Shown here: positions 36,029 through 47,061 of the stretch, piece by piece
How the letters are laid out: every line of letters starts with the position of its first letter
How positions within the stretch are numbered: the stretch's first letter is position 1
Virus record (IMG/VR): IMGVR_UViG_2974668611_000001
Coordinates: 1-64,000 of that record
From: a virus
Lineage: Duplodnaviria > Caudoviricetes
Strand: one strand, 5' to 3'
Length of the DNA: 64,000 nt
The notes under the pieces: model-generated
What the model was told of the DNA's origin: nothing
Database searches by the model: none
What the model saw: only the letters and a program-made list of their open reading frames with translations
Position numbers and translations under genes: made by a program

Positions 36029-38498
36029 ATTTGTCAAAACTTAGCTTTACTCTCCTACCATATCCGTTGATTAACATTATTGTTGTGCTAAAATTAGCGT
36101 CACGTCTTAGTCTAAACGAGTCTTGTTGACGATAGCCAGTCACTGCTAGTTTGTTTCCTCTTTCTAGCCAACTATCAGACACACAGTGACGATTTTTTCC
36201 TTTACCAGCCATTTCTTTTTTGCCAACTTTAGAGTAGAGAGAACGTCCTAATGAAACAATCGCCAATCCATCTGGAGTTAATAGACTAACTGTTGATTTC
36301 ATATTATTTTTAGCCACAATAGTTCCGGCAATAATGTGATTCTCGTAAATTGAAAACTTACGACCATTTCGACTAGTCACTTCTTTGATGACTTTAGGTT
36401 CTGGTTCTAGGTCGTTGAATGATTGATAGTTTAGTATTGTACTTAACGATGATACTTCTAATTCATGTTTTTCAGGATAGAAGTTCAGCGCTTCAAAGGC
36501 CCAGTGTTCTGGATTCCCTTCACATTCCTTTAGCCATAATTCAGCACAGCGAGTCTTCCTTTCAATTTCAACTGCTTCTGGAGTTTTTAACCATTCTTTC
36601 AGTGGTTCTGAGAATGAATTAAACCACTTATTGTAACGCTTTGTATCAATGTTAATGTTGTCACTATCAATGCTCCATAAGCTTCCCTCTGGTTTCTTTT
36701 TTAGTCCTTCCTCATATTTTGTAATTAGAGGTTCAATGGTGTTAATGAACCAGCGCCCAATAGGGCTGTCAAGCTTAACGGTATTATCTTTAACGTGCTT
36801 CTTCATTAGATAAGCATTCTTTTGTAATTCATATTCTTCTGGAATTTTCTTATCAATCTTATTAATCTGAACCGTAGTTAACTTTTGTTTCGGTTCCGTG
36901 ACTTTAGAAATATAATCAATCATGAGCTTTCTGCGGTCATCATCAAAGCAATTAAGCGCTCCAGATTTAATTAAAAGAATCATCTTCTTGGTTGAAAAGA
37001 CGTCTTTGTTCTTGTTCATAAAGTCATCTAATGATTCATAAGGTCGATTGTCCATAATGCTCTCAATCTCGCTGATTCCAATACCAGAAATAGCGTTTAG
37101 GCCCAACAAAATATTTTTTGATTGTTTTGTAATCTTAGGGACAAATCCAATCTCACTACGATTAATATCTGGGTATGTTACTAGTCCTTTTGGTAATTGA
37201 CCAATCGCTGTAGCTAACTTATTGTAGTCTGGGTTTGACGTTTCATCTCCATATGTCTTTGCATTAACTGATAATACAGCAGTTTGCCAATAAATAGGGT
37301 CGAATCGCTTGCAGATATTCATTTCAACCATTAACAATAATGTGTATGGCAAAGAGTGACTAACGGAAAACGCGTAACCTGACTGAATAGCAATTTGTTT
37401 ATCCCAAATATATTTTGCAAACTCATCTCGTAATCCATATGTTTTAGCTTTCTTCAAGAAAAATACATGCTGTTCTTCTTGTTTCTTTTTATCTTTTTTA
37501 GCAATCGACTTACGCAATTTGTTGGCTTCTTCTAACGAATAGCCAGCAATCTTTAACACCATTTGCATTAGCCGTTCCTGCGAGTTATTAACACCTTTAT
37601 AATCATCAAGTAGTTCGTGCATTAATTGCTTCTCGTCGTTATTAAGTCCTGCACTATCCATATCCTTATCCCAATCATTAGGATTATTCTGATAGCGGAT
37701 ATATCTATCAAGCGCTAATTCGTCATCATCACCACCAGTTAATCTCATAAGACCGTTGGCAGATACTAAGGCTAAGTAATCACGCGCGTTTAGCTTACGC
37801 AATGTCTTATAGCCAACCGACGAACTAAATTCAAAGGCATCAATAACGTCTCCGTTGAAGAGCATTTTATACATATCAACGTTCGTCATATCAAGTGCTT
37901 CTGGGCCAAAATACTTCATATAAGTGTCACGCAACGTGTCTTCTTTATTGATTCTGTCGTCTTTAATCAGCATGTCAATTGCTGAATGGATTTTATCCAA
38001 TGCTGATAGTGATAAGAAATCAAACTTAATCATACCAGCATATTCAGAATCATCTGCGTCAAATTGAGTAACAGCGATTTGATGAGGTGTAACCATCATT
38101 GCATTGTGTTCTTCATAACCATTATTGGCGATAAGAACGCCAGACGCGTGTTCACTACGGCCAACCACCAACCCAAACAATCCAAGAATTGTCTCTTTCA
38201 TCTTTGGGTATTTATCGACTTCTTCTAACAATTTATTAGATGGTTTACGACCATTTTTCTCGTTGCCAAGTAATGCGTCTGTGATAGGCCATTCGTCATG
38301 ACCATCTGCTGGTAGTAAGCTAACAATATAATTAACTTCGTTATTATCAATACCTAAACCTCTACCAGCATATTTGATAGCTCCACGCGTTTTGATTGTG
38401 CTAAAGGTGGCAAAGTTAAGAACCTTATCATTACCGTAAATTTCTTTAATTTTGTCGATAATCTTTCCACGTTTGGTGCCTTCGGAATCTGTATCAAT
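36027..38498 (-). CDS. dnaE: DNA polymerase III alpha subunit, exon 2
   Basis: IDTD, SEHASGV, KFDFLSL, GYAFSVSH, PDINRS, GLNAISGIG motifs. Confidence 0.93.
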   Translation of the reverse strand: MDTDSEGTKRGKIIDKIKEIYGNDKVLNFATFSTIKTRGAIKYAGRGLGIDNNEVNYIVSLLPADGHDEWPITDALLGNEKNGRKPSNKLLEEVDKYPKMKETILGLFGLVVGRSEHASGVLIANNGYEEHNAMMVTPHQIAVTQFDADDSEYAGMIKFDFLSLSALDKIHSAIDMLIKDDRINKEDTLRDTYMKYFGPEALDMTNVDMYKMLFNGDVIDAFEFSSSVGYKTLRKLNARDYLALVSANGLMRLTGGDDDELALDRYIRYQNNPNDWDKDMDSAGLNNDEKQLMHELLDDYKGVNNSQERLMQMVLKIAGYSLEEANKLRKSIAKKDKKKQEEQHVFFLKKAKTYGLRDEFAKYIWDKQIAIQSGYAFSVSHSLPYTLLLMVEMNICKRFDPIYWQTAVLSVNAKTYGDETSNPDYNKLATAIGQLPKGLVTYPDINRSEIGFVPKITKQSKNILLGLNAISGIGISEIESIMDNRPYESLDDFMNKNKDVFSTKKMILLIKSGALNCFDDDRRKLMIDYISKVTEPKQKLTTVQINKIDKKIPEEYELQKNAYLMKKHVKDNTVKLDSPIGRWFINTIEPLITKYEEGLKKKPEGSLWSIDSDNINIDTKRYNKWFNSFSEPLKEWLKTPEAVEIERKTRCAELWLKECEGNPEHWAFEALNFYPEKHELEVSSLSTILNYQSFNDLEPEPKVIKEVTSRNGRKFSIYENHIIAGTIVAKNNMKSTVSLLTPDGLAIVSLGRSLYSKVGKKEMAGKGKNRHCVSDSWLERGNKLAVTGYRQQDSFRLRRDANFSTTIMLINGYGRRVKLSFDK

Positions 38499-39508
38499 CA
38501 CTCTTGTGTTACCACAAGGGCAGACTATATCTTCATCTGACTAATAGTCAGAGCCTAGCGCTTCCACATATGGCCCGCAAGCCATAGTGTACTCTACTAA
38601 CTTCCACATATTAATGCGCGCTTTCGATAGTCGTTTCACATTTATTAATGTCGTGCGTATTGTTTGTAACTCCAGTTATCCAATACTTTATATTCTTTTT
38701 TAATATGATGGTTTCTGTTAATTGATGTGATGTCTTTTAGTTCTGTGTGAATCAGGTTTTCAGATACCCATTTTGACATATCTTTTAACAAATCAAACTT
38801 CATTTCAAATCCTTCTGGGCCAAACAGAATACATGAAGAAGCGGTTGGGTTTTTAACTCCCTCAAACGACCCCTGTTTCTTGGCTTTCTCTCTCGCCGCT
38901 TCTTTCATTTTACTGTCCCATTTGTGCCCATAGTTTGGATTGTCTTTTCCTTCGTAACGACCCACCATTTTGTCTGACATATGCTTTCGTTGTTCTTTGC
39001 TCCAATGGTTATTATAATTGGGATTATTTTTTCCGCTAATTATAAGCTCTCTTGTTTTTAAAAACCCGTTTTGATAATACTTGTTCTGATAAACATATTC
39101 TGCCGTAAACAAGTTTTCGCTACGGTCACAAGATACATATAACCAAACAACTTCTACATTTTCTATGCCAATCATCTTGACATATTTTTTATACCTGTCA
39201 TTCCTCTGGGTCTTAAAGTCATATGCTCTATTGTTGTTTACTCGTTGTTGTCCAACATAGAACACTCTTCCATCAATTTTGTTTACATGTGCGTATATTC
39301 CTCTCATAGTTTTCCTCCTATAAAAATATATACGCACGACATTAAATTTAGCACAGCGATTGCCCCTCATAGGGGTTTCCCTGTTAGCAAGAATATTAAT
39401 CGACCATTTCCTGTCAAAATCCATTTTTGGATATTCTCACACCGATTGTTAATCGTTCACTAGGAATTATTTCGAGGTGTCGCCACCAAGCCAGACGTTA
39501 ATAAGTTC
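38499..39508 (-). mobile_element. Group I intron in dnaE
   Basis: Removal restores NYPD/IDTD. P1 CCAGAU/GUCUGG with U.G at the 5' splice site; R-like ACGACUA and S element AAGAUAUAGUC; terminal G at 38499. Confidence 0.92.
38645..39307 (-). CDS. Intron-encoded GIY-YIG homing endonuclease with NUMOD3-like repeats
   Basis: MRGIY...FYVGQ...R; NPNYG/NPNYN repeats; AGGAGG SD before ATG 39307. Confidence 0.88.
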   Translation of the reverse strand: MRGIYAHVNKIDGRVFYVGQQRVNNNRAYDFKTQRNDRYKKYVKMIGIENVEVVWLYVSCDRSENLFTAEYVYQNKYYQNGFLKTRELIISGKNNPNYNNHWSKEQRKHMSDKMVGRYEGKDNPNYGHKWDSKMKEAAREKAKKQGSFEGVKNPTASSCILFGPEGFEMKFDLLKDMSKWVSENLIHTELKDITSINRNHHIKKEYKVLDNWSYKQYARH

Positions 39509-40897
39509 ATCTGGATAATTTGACGCCTTATTGTCTGTCACACGTTCGGCAGATAAGAAGCGATAATGTGGTAAATTGTATTTTAGAGCGTCAACTTGTG
39601 TTAAGCCAATCAAATAATTTAATAGCCAGCATGAAGAACTACCACGGCCGGGGCCGACTAAGCTTTGAGTCCACATAATGTCAACAAAATCATGTTGAGC
39701 AACAAAATAAGAACTCATTGGCTGACCAATATTTTCAGTAATTTTTACAAGTTCACCAACTTCTAGGTCAAGTCGTTTTAAATAATCATTATTATCTTTA
39801 AGGCCGTGTTTTTTAAGTCCATCTAAAGCCAGTTTCATTAAATAACTATCAGTCTTGTTACTACTCTCAACCATCTTTTTGATATTAGGTAAATCTTCAC
39901 CGTGGTAAAAGTCAGCATAAGATGGGGTTGAGAACTCAGGAATACGTCCTTGTGGTACAATTGGTTCGTGTTCTAATGTGTAGTCCTGAACTCTGTCAAA
40001 AATCGTATGCAGTGTTGTAAATGCTTTTGTCAGTGTGTCGTCATCAAAGAACTCAAATAATTCTTCTACGCTAAATAAATGAGCTGTATCATAAGCCGTT
40101 AAATCTCTATCTTGATTACGGGATAGTAATAAAGCATTGTGTACTGGACGCTGAGCTTCATTTAAATAGTGAGCGTCTGTCGTAATAATGTACGGAATAC
40201 CAATTGATTCGCTAATCTTTTTAAGCCAATTGTTTACGATAATCTGTTCTTCATGGTGGCTAGGCATTAATTCTAAAAAGACATTCTCTTTCCCAAAAAC
40301 ATTGACCATCCACTTAATCATGCCTTTTACTTTTTCAAAATGTGAATTATCGTTATCTTCGTTGTATGACAGAATTTCCTGTGCCACATAACCACCAAGA
40401 CAAGCCGTACTAGCAATGACATGCCCCTTATAATTGCCATCTTCCATTAGCTTTTGAATCTCTCCATAGAAGCTAGGAACTCGTTCCATGTGGCGATAGG
40501 TGTGATAATGAGACCATGCTAATGATGATTGTTTCTGTAAAAACTCATGTCCCTTCTTATCAAGAGCATTAATAAGAAAATGATTGAACTTGAACCGTTC
40601 TCCTTTTTCTTCTGCTTCTTCCATATCGCTCTTTTTGACTAAGTAAATTTCATTACCCAAAACAAGCTTAATGTTCTTGAACCTATCTCGATTGCTATGG
40701 TAATATTTTTCTGCTTTAATGTGGTCTGAAAGTGCTTCATGACCAGTAAACGAAACTGCCTTCAATCCAATCTCATTGCTATAATCAAGCATTTCCTTAA
40801 CGGTAATTGAGCTATCTAATAGACGCAGGTTGCTTGATAAATCCGTATGCCCGTGAAGATTGCCATACCCATATTTAATTAATTCACTTTTATTCAT
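39509..40897 (-). CDS. dnaE: DNA polymerase III alpha subunit, exon 1 (PHP domain)
   Basis: LHGHT, TACLGG, TTDAHY, GPGRGSS motifs. Confidence 0.93.
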
Positions 40898-41024
40898 TAT
40901 TTTTCCTCCTCTATATTACTATAATAACATAATCAAACGAATATCTCAATCTAAATAATAAAAAACGACCGTTTGCAGACGGCCGAAAGACTAGATATAT
41001 AATTTAATTAATTAAGTAGCAACG

Positions 41025-42208
41025 CTACTTAACGTACATTAGACAAATAGGGTCAAGATATTTTAGATGAACGTCGCCATTTTTATCGACCTCTAAGTTT
41101 TTATAAATCGTTCCCATATAAACGAATCCATCATTCAAATTGCTAACAATTAAGGTATCAGAAGATGTTTGTGAGTCATCATCAATAACATTTTCTTTTA
41201 GTAATCTATCTCTGGTATTCTTTGACATAACCAGTTGTTCGTCACTTGAATATAAAAATCCACCATTATTAAGGTCTACAAAATAAAAGTCAACCGGCGC
41301 TTCTTGAAGCGCCAGAGAAATTTTATTGTTTAAATACAGATTATCCTTTAACATTATAGTCCTCCTAGCTTCTTCATATGCTCGTCTACAATATGACTAA
41401 TTTCATTATCATTAAATCCCGTTGCTTGCAGAATTGCATATACTGCCAACAAGTCCTTCTCAGCAAATGAGCGTACAGGAGTTTCACTACCAGCTACGCT
41501 ATAACCATATCCTAAATCAACTGCGATTGCAGAGAACTTAGGCGATGAGTAAAACGTCGCAAAGCTTTCACCATCGATAGAGCCATGATTGCCATGTGCA
41601 TGATTCCATCTGCTCCGTGGGTAATCTCCTCTAAAAACAGAAAAATAACGCTTATATTTACTGTTTTTCATTGCTGTTTTTCTTTGGTGTGACGTCTGTT
41701 TCAAAATATTGTTGTGCTTCTTCAACCTTATCAACCCCATCTTCAAAAATCTTATCGTACTCGTCGATATATTCTCTGACACTTTTTACTTTCTTGTCAT
41801 TCTTAGCAACTACATTCTTTGCATAATATCTCAGTGCATGTGCCAATCCGCCATGATATGTTCTGTCGATATGAATCTTTGAACTGCTCTTTGACTTAGT
41901 ACGATGTTCAAGAATGACTCCAGAGGACGAGTGTTCATTGTTTACAATCCACCATGACGTACTCAGCTTAATTTCTAAACTCATTATGTTTTCCTTTCTT
42001 ATCCAGCAATATCTGATAAAAATTCAGACAACGAATAACCCTTACTTAAATGATAGTCTGTTGCCTTTCCGATTATTGGAGCTGTTATCTTTAAAATGCA
42101 ATAAGGAATTACAATAAGGATACAGAACGTTCCTTTTAGTAAATACCATAGTGCAATATCAATTAATAAAAGTGTTAATCCTAACATTTTAATTATAGCG
42201 TTAACCAT
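41025..42208 (-). CDS. Hypothetical proteins (41025-41354, ~41354-41670, 41658-41984, 41999-42208)
   Basis: Same-strand packed ORFs with SDs; 41658-41984 resembles the DUF5405-like small phage family (weak). Confidence 0.65.
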
Positions 42209-42236
42209 TCTAAGCCCTCCTTCTGTGTAAATAAAA

Positions 42237-42308
42237 TGTGTCTTGACAGAGTCGAACTGTCATTCCATGATTAGGAGTCATGTGTCTTATCCATTAGACT
42301 AAAGACAC
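42237..42308 (-). tRNA. tRNA-Arg(CCT)
   Basis: GTGTCTT/AAGACAC acceptor, CATGA-CT-CCT-AA-TCATG arm, TTCGACT T loop. Confidence 0.88.
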
Positions 42309-42312
42309 GTTA

Positions 42313-42395
42313 TGCGGGACCCTGTAGTCGAACCAGCGCTTTCGGGCCAGTTTTACTGTGCGCACCCCGATAGACTACCGTTATCTTAATCCCGC
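42313..42395 (-). ncRNA. Aberrant tRNA-like RNA with expanded anticodon loop
   Basis: GCGGGAT/GTCCCGC acceptor, D arm, TCGGG/CCCGA stem closing a 19-nt loop containing CAGT-AAA-ACTG, imperfect T arm with GTTCGAC. Confidence 0.6.
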
Positions 42396-42397
42396 TA

Positions 42398-42506
42398 TGT
42401 GCTTGGTAGGGATTTGCACCCTACATGATTGCCCGGATTAATCGACAGCTCCGTCAAGCTTAATCAGGTATTGCCTTCTTGCGTTTACCTATTCCGCCAC
42501 AAGCAC
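42398..42506 (-). ncRNA. tRNA-shell RNA B
   Basis: Same 18-nt 5' end and 31-nt 3' end as 7413-7626; ~55-nt insert forming a GATTAA/TTAATC hairpin. Confidence 0.7.
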
Positions 42507-42521
42507 ACCATTACATTACCA

Positions 42522-42595
42522 TGCGTCCTGTCGGGTACGGTCCGACAACCTACGGATTAGAAATCCGTTGCTCTATCCAGTTGAGCTAAGGACGC
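42522..42595 (-). tRNA. tRNA-Arg(TCT), atypical T loop
   Basis: GCGTCCT/AGGACGC acceptor, ACGGA-TT-TCT-AA-TCCGT arm, T loop ACCGTAC. Confidence 0.85.
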
Positions 42596-42698
42596 TTAAA
42601 GTGAGAGTAACCGTCTCTCACAAGAAGTGCTAATTGAAAGTTTCTATCAAGTTTAACCTTACATATAATATGTTATCATACTATTTTGTAAATGTCAA

Positions 42699-44941
42699 CT
42701 ATTCTCTCAAAATATCATAAATTAAATTGTCACCAATAGTTTCATTGCCACTCATTTCTCTAACATCAACTGTACTTTTCTGAAGTTTACCAGAATCTGC
42801 CAGTCCGTCGTATTTCCTTTTGTCAGCACCAAACAAATCATTGTAAGATTCTTGTATAATTGCTTCTTTTGGGGTTTTGGCTTCCACTACGCTGTATTTT
42901 GTGTATACCACCACTTCATCTGTGTCTTCATATTCATCTACCAATAAGTATTTCTTCATTTTTTTTACTTCTCCTCTTCATAAGATGAATTAAAATCATA
43001 ATCTGTAATCACTCGTCGTGGTAAAATAGGTAATTCTTTATCTTTCACAATCCAATCACCAATATTTATCTTTTGATTACCATTAACAGACGTTAAATAA
43101 AATTCATCATCTTCCCGAACATTAAGGTCTCTACCATATGGGTTCTTTGCATGTACAGAAAACCCTTTTGCCTTTTTGTAAATCCAATATTTATCACACA
43201 TTTCTTTACTGCCGTCAAATTGTTCTGCAATTACGGTTCCTTTTTGCCGATACGTTTTCTTCATAATATGTCCTCCAATAAATTAAACAATAATAATGTT
43301 GTTAACAACGTATTTATACCAAAAGAATTTTATAACTCTTTAATAAGCATAATAGTCTTTTTCGTAACGATTGTCAACTCTAAATTTATTAATAAATCCA
43401 ATTTTTACTTTTTTATAGTTAATCTGTTTCTTAGAATTAAAAGTTATCTTGCCTTTAGTCCAACTAGAGACATAGCTAATCTCATAGTGTGCAGGTTCAT
43501 GATTCGTTTGAATCTCCGTGCCTACTTTAAATAGTTTAATTTTTGAATTAAATTTACTGTCAAAAATGTCTGGAAACAAGTGTTGCATTAAATCTTTGTC
43601 TGCAATATTTTCATTTTTATAAGCAACACCGTTAACATCTCCATCTTCACAATTAGCCATTGTACCGTCAGATAAGCTTATCTCCGTTAATTTAATAATC
43701 CTTTTATACTTATATTCGTTAGATGTCCTCAATCCTGTAATATAAGCATAGCTATTCTTCGCCGGCACATACTTTTGAGATACAACAGTTGCTACAGAAT
43801 TCTCATACGTTTCATTCTTATCATGAATGAAGTTAATCATAAGCCCTAACAATACCGTAAGTAATACAGAAACAATTACAATTAACACAGATTTCATGGT
43901 AATGTTCTTAATCTTTTTCATCTTTTACGTTATCCTCCTTTTGTATATTTGTTTGATTATTGTCGCTTCCGATGATAATTAAACTGACATTCGGGTTTAT
44001 CCCGGTTATATTCTCTGCGTACACAAAATCTCCTCGCTTATATATTCTTAACTTCTTATTATTTTCTCTCATTCATACGCCTCGGTTAATCTACCGTAAA
44101 ATACTCATTTTATTTCCGTTTTTTGACCACGCTAACGCCACAATACCATAATGGTACTCATACGTCAATCCTAAACAATTTTATCCCGTCCCAGGTATAA
44201 TTAGTCTAAGATTATTTTAAAACGTCTCTAACAAGCTCTCACGGGATTATTTTTTCTTGGTAGCTGTTTTTTTCTTCTAAAATGGATACGAAAGGTCTTC
44301 ATCACCGTCAAGGCTAATTTCGCATACATTGTCATCTAGTGAGATGTCATATCCTAAATCACTAAAGTATTTTTCAATCGCAATAGTTCTTTCCTGATTA
44401 GTGTTAAACAAAAACGCTACATAAACGTATGTCTCACCTCTTGCAACAGCTTTCTCAATCTTTCCTTTAATAATATTGGCTTTTCTATCTTTATCAATAT
44501 TCTTTAAGTAATACTCCACACGCTCTTGTTTATTATTTTTGCTAATTGACAATGCTTTTTCAGCGCTCATAAACTTGGTCATTATTCACTGCTCCAATCA
44601 ATATTAACGTAAATATCTTTAAAATAGCCTTCTTTATCTCCTAACGGGTCTGCTGGTAGTGGGTTAATGTGTGTTTCAATTTCAAACCTCAAATTCTCGC
44701 GTTTAAAATTTGAGGCATAAAGAAGTTGATTTTCAGAAATGTCTTTTAACATCTTTGCTTGATTGTCATATAAATCTGCCTTATTATTAAACAATCTCCC
44801 GTGAATATCTAAACAATAATGCCCACTAATTGCAGAATCTTTCATAGCATTAACTAGCCTATCCCAGTATTCTGGTTTCTTCTTTCTTTCAATCGCCTTT
44901 TCAGTTGTCTCTTGAAGTTCTGTAAACAAATCCTTTTCCAA
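42699..44941 (-). CDS. Hypothetical early proteins (42699-42959, 42965-43264, 43340-43921, 44277-44582, 44582-44941)
   Basis: ORFs with SDs. 42965-43264 has the common phage AEQFDG...GDWIVK pattern; 43340-43921 has an N-terminal membrane anchor. Confidence 0.7.
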
Positions 44942-45027
44942 TTAAATCATCTCCTTAAAACAATAGTATCATATTTTAAATTCTGTGTCAACAAAAAAAG
45001 AGACATACTAATGTATGTCTCTCAATT

Positions 45028-45726
45028 TTAATATGCAGTTTCAGACCAAGCACCCATTCCTTGTGCTTTATAAAGCTGAACGGCTTCATCTACTTGTGAT
45101 GATACACTACCGTGGCTAGAACGCATTAATTGTAATAACCCATACGCACCACTTCCTTCTGAATTAGAAATGTTTACGTTACCTTTAGATTCGCGATTGA
45201 TAATCGTGCTCCATGTTGATGAAGATTGACCAGTACGAGAAGCCATTTCTTCGGCAACCTGATTGATTTCTGATTGACTTAATTGACCAGAAGTCTTTGA
45301 CATTAAAGAGCTTTGTGTGCTCTGCGAACTTGGTGAGCTCTGTGATTTTTGTTGCGTCTGAACACTCTGCGTTTGGATTTCAGCACTCGAATAGTTAACT
45401 GCCTTGTTGCCAGTTACCGTTGGTTGCGTTTGCTCACTTTTTGGTTGTTCAGTCTTCACTGCTGGTACTTGAACAGACACTTTGGTTGTTTGATTAGCAG
45501 TGTTTACATTGCCATTAACTTGTAACTTGTCACCGACAAAGATTAGGTTTGGATTACTTAAAGAGTTTTCGTTTATGATGTCGCTAACAGACGTTCCATG
45601 CTCATGGGCGATTTCGCTAACAGTATCTCCGGCTTGTACAGTCACTGTGTCTGCGCTAACCGTCTGCACTCCCAATGCCAAACCTGCTACTACTGCCGCA
45701 CTTGCTACTAAAGTATTTTTATTCAT
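45028..45726 (-). CDS. Secreted LysM + lytic transglycosylase (SLT/Rpf-like) protein
   Basis: Signal peptide (VSA), VTVQAGDTVSEIA LysM, Ser/Gln linker, IINRESKG...GAYGLLQL...QGMGAW. Confidence 0.88.
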   Translation of the reverse strand: MNKNTLVASAAVVAGLALGVQTVSADTVTVQAGDTVSEIAHEHGTSVSDIINENSLSNPNLIFVGDKLQVNGNVNTANQTTKVSVQVPAVKTEQPKSEQTQPTVTGNKAVNYSSAEIQTQSVQTQQKSQSSPSSQSTQSSLMSKTSGQLSQSEINQVAEEMASRTGQSSSTWSTIINRESKGNVNISNSEGSGAYGLLQLMRSSHGSVSSQVDEAVQLYKAQGMGAWSETAY

Positions 45727-45803
45727 TTAAAATAAACCTCTTTCTTTAGTTGATAATATGATTATACCATCTTCTTATTTCATATTGATTACAACAATAT
45801 TAA

Positions 45804-46337
45804 TTACTCTTTACATAATATATTGTTTGAAATTTTAATCAACTCTTGCTTGTTTGCTAATTCAACAAATAGTTTCTTCTCAACCTCCTCAATCTTCTTC
45901 TCTTGGTCTAGGTAATAATCTTGGCGTTTCGTACTATTATGAACCTCTTGAAGTTCATTTAGCGCCTTAATAATGTTGTTGATTTTTTTATTTTGTTTGC
46001 GAAGCATACCATCAAATGAGCTAGTTAAGCTATCGACAACATCATTGATTATGCTCTTGTTTGCCATCTCGTTATTAGACCGTTTAGAAATCCATACAAT
46101 ATCATGTAAAGAGTATGTAGTAACCAGACTCTTATTATAGGTATCTAGTACAATTCTAATTTCTTCATTATCTAAAAATGCAATATTCTCTTGTTCTGTG
46201 TGGCAAAGACTACCATGGGCGGCAATGTTGGCAATCCATGACTTCATAGTAGTTTTTGAAATACCAAATCTTTGACGTGCTCGTTTTTTAAAGTGGTCAC
46301 TTCTAATATAATCTACAATTTCATTTCTATTAATCAT
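45804..46337 (-). CDS. Hypothetical protein (SDHFKKRARQRF motif plus coiled coil)
   Basis: 177 aa ORF; HxxxR motif reminiscent of BECR-fold RNases (weak). Confidence 0.6.
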   Translation of the reverse strand: MINRNEIVDYIRSDHFKKRARQRFGISKTTMKSWIANIAAHGSLCHTEQENIAFLDNEEIRIVLDTYNKSLVTTYSLHDIVWISKRSNNEMANKSIINDVVDSLTSSFDGMLRKQNKKINNIIKALNELQEVHNSTKRQDYYLDQEKKIEEVEKKLFVELANKQELIKISNNILCKE

Positions 46338-46680
46338 GATTTAATTTCTCCCTCATTGAAATCGCAACTTGAAGCTTCATAAATACATCTCTAGCTTCTT
46401 CACTGTCATACTTGCCGATAAAAAATATGTGTTCAGTATCTTCTGAATTATCTATAATCTTAATAATCTTTTTATTGTTGGAAACGATAAAAAATGTTTC
46501 GTCGTTATTGTCTAAAAAACTATTTACATATTTCATAATATAGTCAAAGGCATCTTGCTCGTTGCTATCTTTTCTAAATTTTCTATAATAAAAGTTCTTC
46601 GTCTCACCATTAGCGCAAGCATAAGCTACTCTAGCACCGTTATAAATCTTATTATACGAAATATAAATTCTCATAGACAT
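46330..46680 (-). CDS. Hypothetical protein
   Basis: GGAGG SD within the upstream gene end. Confidence 0.65.
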   Translation of the reverse strand: MSMRIYISYNKIYNGARVAYACANGETKNFYYRKFRKDSNEQDAFDYIMKYVNSFLDNNDETFFIVSNNKKIIKIIDNSEDTEHIFFIGKYDSEEARDVFMKLQVAISMREKLNHD

Positions 46681-47033
46681 AATGCAACCTCCAGGCACTT
46701 GTTGACTTCATTCAAAATGTCTTCTTCTAATCGGTCGATTCTGTAATATAACTGGCTAACATTGATTGTTTGAACCTGCTCACACAGTGCAGTGTTATGA
46801 ATCATTTCACCGTTATTAGGTAATCCAAAGCTAACATGTGTTGGTAGATTATGTTTATTCTTAGTTGTTAATGGCACGATTGTAATTGCCGGTGAATATT
46901 TATTAGCCATATTATTAGATACGACAACCACCGGCCGTTTTCCTCGCTGAATCGCGTCATGTGAGTCTTGTCGCGACTCCAAATTTGCAAAGAAGACATC
47001 CCCTCTTTTAATTTTTTCTCCATTTACCAACAT
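46671..47033 (-). CDS. PemK/MazF family endoribonuclease-like protein
   Basis: KRGDVFFANL...Q.GKRPVVVVSN.MAN..SP...IVPLTT...ALCEQVQTI signature. Confidence 0.88.
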   Translation of the reverse strand: MLVNGEKIKRGDVFFANLESRQDSHDAIQRGKRPVVVVSNNMANKYSPAITIVPLTTKNKHNLPTHVSFGLPNNGEMIHNTALCEQVQTINVSQLYYRIDRLEEDILNEVNKCLEVALCL

Positions 47034-47061
47034 ATTTATGACCTCTTTCTTTGATATGTAT

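Noticed and set aside
39467-39508. Track ORF tail ELINVWLGGDTSK as the true end of a split DnaE, or an intein
   Set aside because: It is read-through into the intron P1 region; no intein Cys/His-Asn motifs.
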